This document shows positions 56,119 to 57,431 of a stretch of DNA of 57,431 nucleotides, in pieces. Position 1 is the first letter of the stretch. Every line of letters begins with the position of its first letter. The stretch covers positions 1 to 57,431 of the forward strand of contig JBAXFJ010000004.1 in assembly GCA_037139975.1 (NCBI GenBank). Reading direction: 5' to 3'. The DNA comes from a bacterium (GTDB lineage Bacteria; Patescibacteriota; Minisyncoccia; Phycocordibacterales; SBAW01). A program made the translations under genes and the position numbers. A model generated the notes under the pieces. The model had not been told where the DNA came from. It saw only the letters and a list, made by a program, of their open reading frames with translations, and did not search any database.

Positions 56119-57431
56119 ATGGCAAAAACTAAAAAAGGGGCAAAAAAAGCTGTGAAGGCGGGGAAGGTGGTGAAAAAGGTTCGTGTGCGCAAGGTGCCTG
56201 CCAAAAAGAAACTACCCGCCTCAGCAAAGAAATCTCTGCCTACAAAGGCGCAAAACGCAATTTTGAAAGCAAAAAAATTGCGCGAAGCTGCAACAAGTCG
56301 TCGTGTGAAGCTTGCCCGCCGTGATGGCGGGCTGGCCCCCAAGGCAAAAGCTGGTGCCTCAAAGGTTGGGGGAAAAGCCGCCACCTCGTCAAAGACGAGT
56401 CCCAAAGCAGCAAAGCAAAGCAAGCACGCAGATGAGCGGACAAAGAAAGCTGAACAACTGATGGCGCGTGGTCGCGAAACGGGCTTTGTCACCTATGACG
56501 AAATTTTGAAAATGTTTCCAACCATCGAGAGCGACATCGAGTTTCTTGAAGAATTGTATGACAAATTTTCGAGTGCAAAAATAGATGTGCTCGAAGGTGG
56601 CGGTATGCTTGACGCCAACGTTGAAGTATCCGAAAAGGGCTATGGCCGCTCAGACTCGCAGTATGACTCCATCCAGATGTATTTGCGCGAGATCGGTAAA
56701 TATCCGTTGCTCAACGGTGAACAAGAGCGCGCGTTTGCCAAGCGCATTGTTGAGGGTGATGCTGAGGCACGCAACCTACTCGCACGCGCCAACCTGCGCC
56801 TGGTGGTCTCTATCGCTAAAAAATATGTGGGCCGTTCGCCCGACCTGACCTTGCTCGACCTCATCCAAGAGGGGAATCTTGGCCTCTTTAAGGCAGTCGA
56901 TAAGTTTGACTACACCAAGGGCTACAAATTCTCGACCTATGCGACCTGGTGGATCCGCCAGGCGATTACCCGCGCCCTTGCCGACCAATCAAGAACTATT
57001 CGTATTCCTGTGCACATGGTCGAGACGATAGCGAAGTATAAACAAGTTTCGCGCCGCCTCAGCCAAGACCTGGGCCGCGACCCGCTCGCAGAGGAGATTG
57101 CGCTCGAGATGGGTGTGGACGTAGACAAGATCTACCAAATAGAAAAGATCGACCAAGACACTGTCTCGCTCGAGAGCCCAGTGGGCAGCGACAGTGACGG
57201 CGACGACCGCTCAGTGCTCGGTGACTTCATCAAAGATGACAAAATCCTCTCGCCCGATCAGGAGGTTTCGCGCCGTATCTTGGGTGACCAACTCAAAGAG
57301 ATCCTCGACGAGCTTTCGCCCAAAGAACGTGAGATTTTGAAACTCCGTCACGGGCTCGAAGATGGCATCTACCACACGCTCGAGGAAGTGGGTAAGAAGT
57401 TTGGCGTCACCCGCGAGCGTATCCGCCAAAT
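56119..57431 (+). CDS. rpoD: Primary sigma factor, runs off the window end
   Basis: In frame from ATG 56119: [53 protein letters not shown]; follows dnaG. Confidence 0.96.
   Translation, partial: MAKTKKGAKKAVKAGKVVKKVRVRKVPAKKKLPASAKKSLPTKAQNAILKAKKLREAATSRRVKLARRDGGLAPKAKAGASKVGGKAATSSKTSPKAAKQSKHADERTKKAEQLMARGRETGFVTYDEILKMFPTIESDIEFLEELYDKFSSAKIDVLEGGGMLDANVEVSEKGYGRSDSQYDSIQMYLREIGKYPLLNGEQERAFAKRIVEGDAEARNLLARANLRLVVSIAKKYVGRSPDLTLLDLIQEGNLGLFKAVDKFDYTKGYKFSTYATWWIRQAITRALADQSRTIRIPVHMVETIAKYKQVSRRLSQDLGRDPLAEEIALEMGVDVDKIYQIEKIDQDTVSLESPVGSDSDGDDRSVLGDFIKDDKILSPDQEVSRRILGDQLKEILDELSPKEREILKLRHGLEDGIYHTLEEVGKKFGVTRERIRQ

Noticed and set aside
1-57431. CRISPR array, rRNA genes or prophage structural genes
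   Set aside because: No regularly spaced repeats, rRNA signature segments or virion genes were recognised.
1-57431. Alternative genetic code (UGA read as Gly)
   Set aside because: RF2 is present, conserved genes are full length under code 11, and several end in TGA (e.g. dnaG, the P-type ATPase).

Overview
Chromosomal window from a small-genome bacterium using standard genetic code 11. Gene content and style suggest Patescibacteria/CPR, probably Parcubacteria; this is an inference. Most of it is housekeeping or envelope genes (prfB, ftsEX, pyrG, pheST, gyrB, lexA, mutY, dnaG, partial rpoD, three tRNAs). The most striking structure is a ~3.6 kb large-serine-recombinase element at the 3' end of tRNA-Thr(CGT). 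Its attachment site lies inside the recombinase reading frame. It carries a second, intact, inverted attP-like junction, so the recombinase gene and a pilin-like surface-protein cargo gene each sit between inverted repeats (about 150 bp diverged; 250 bp identical by eye). Other candidates: an orphan PemK/MazF-fold toxin facing a promoter-driven two-hairpin small RNA; a structured stand-alone transcription unit at 939-1395; a GIY-YIG gene between a tRNA-Gln 5' half and the intact tRNA-Gln; short palindromes inside pheT and mutY coding sequence; many apparently leaderless genes; a LexA with Cys-Asp at the cleavage site; an ApbE/FMN-binding/RnfD-FNR module; and a sortase with an adjacent LPNTG substrate. 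All calls were made by eye from motifs, and no searches or folding were run.
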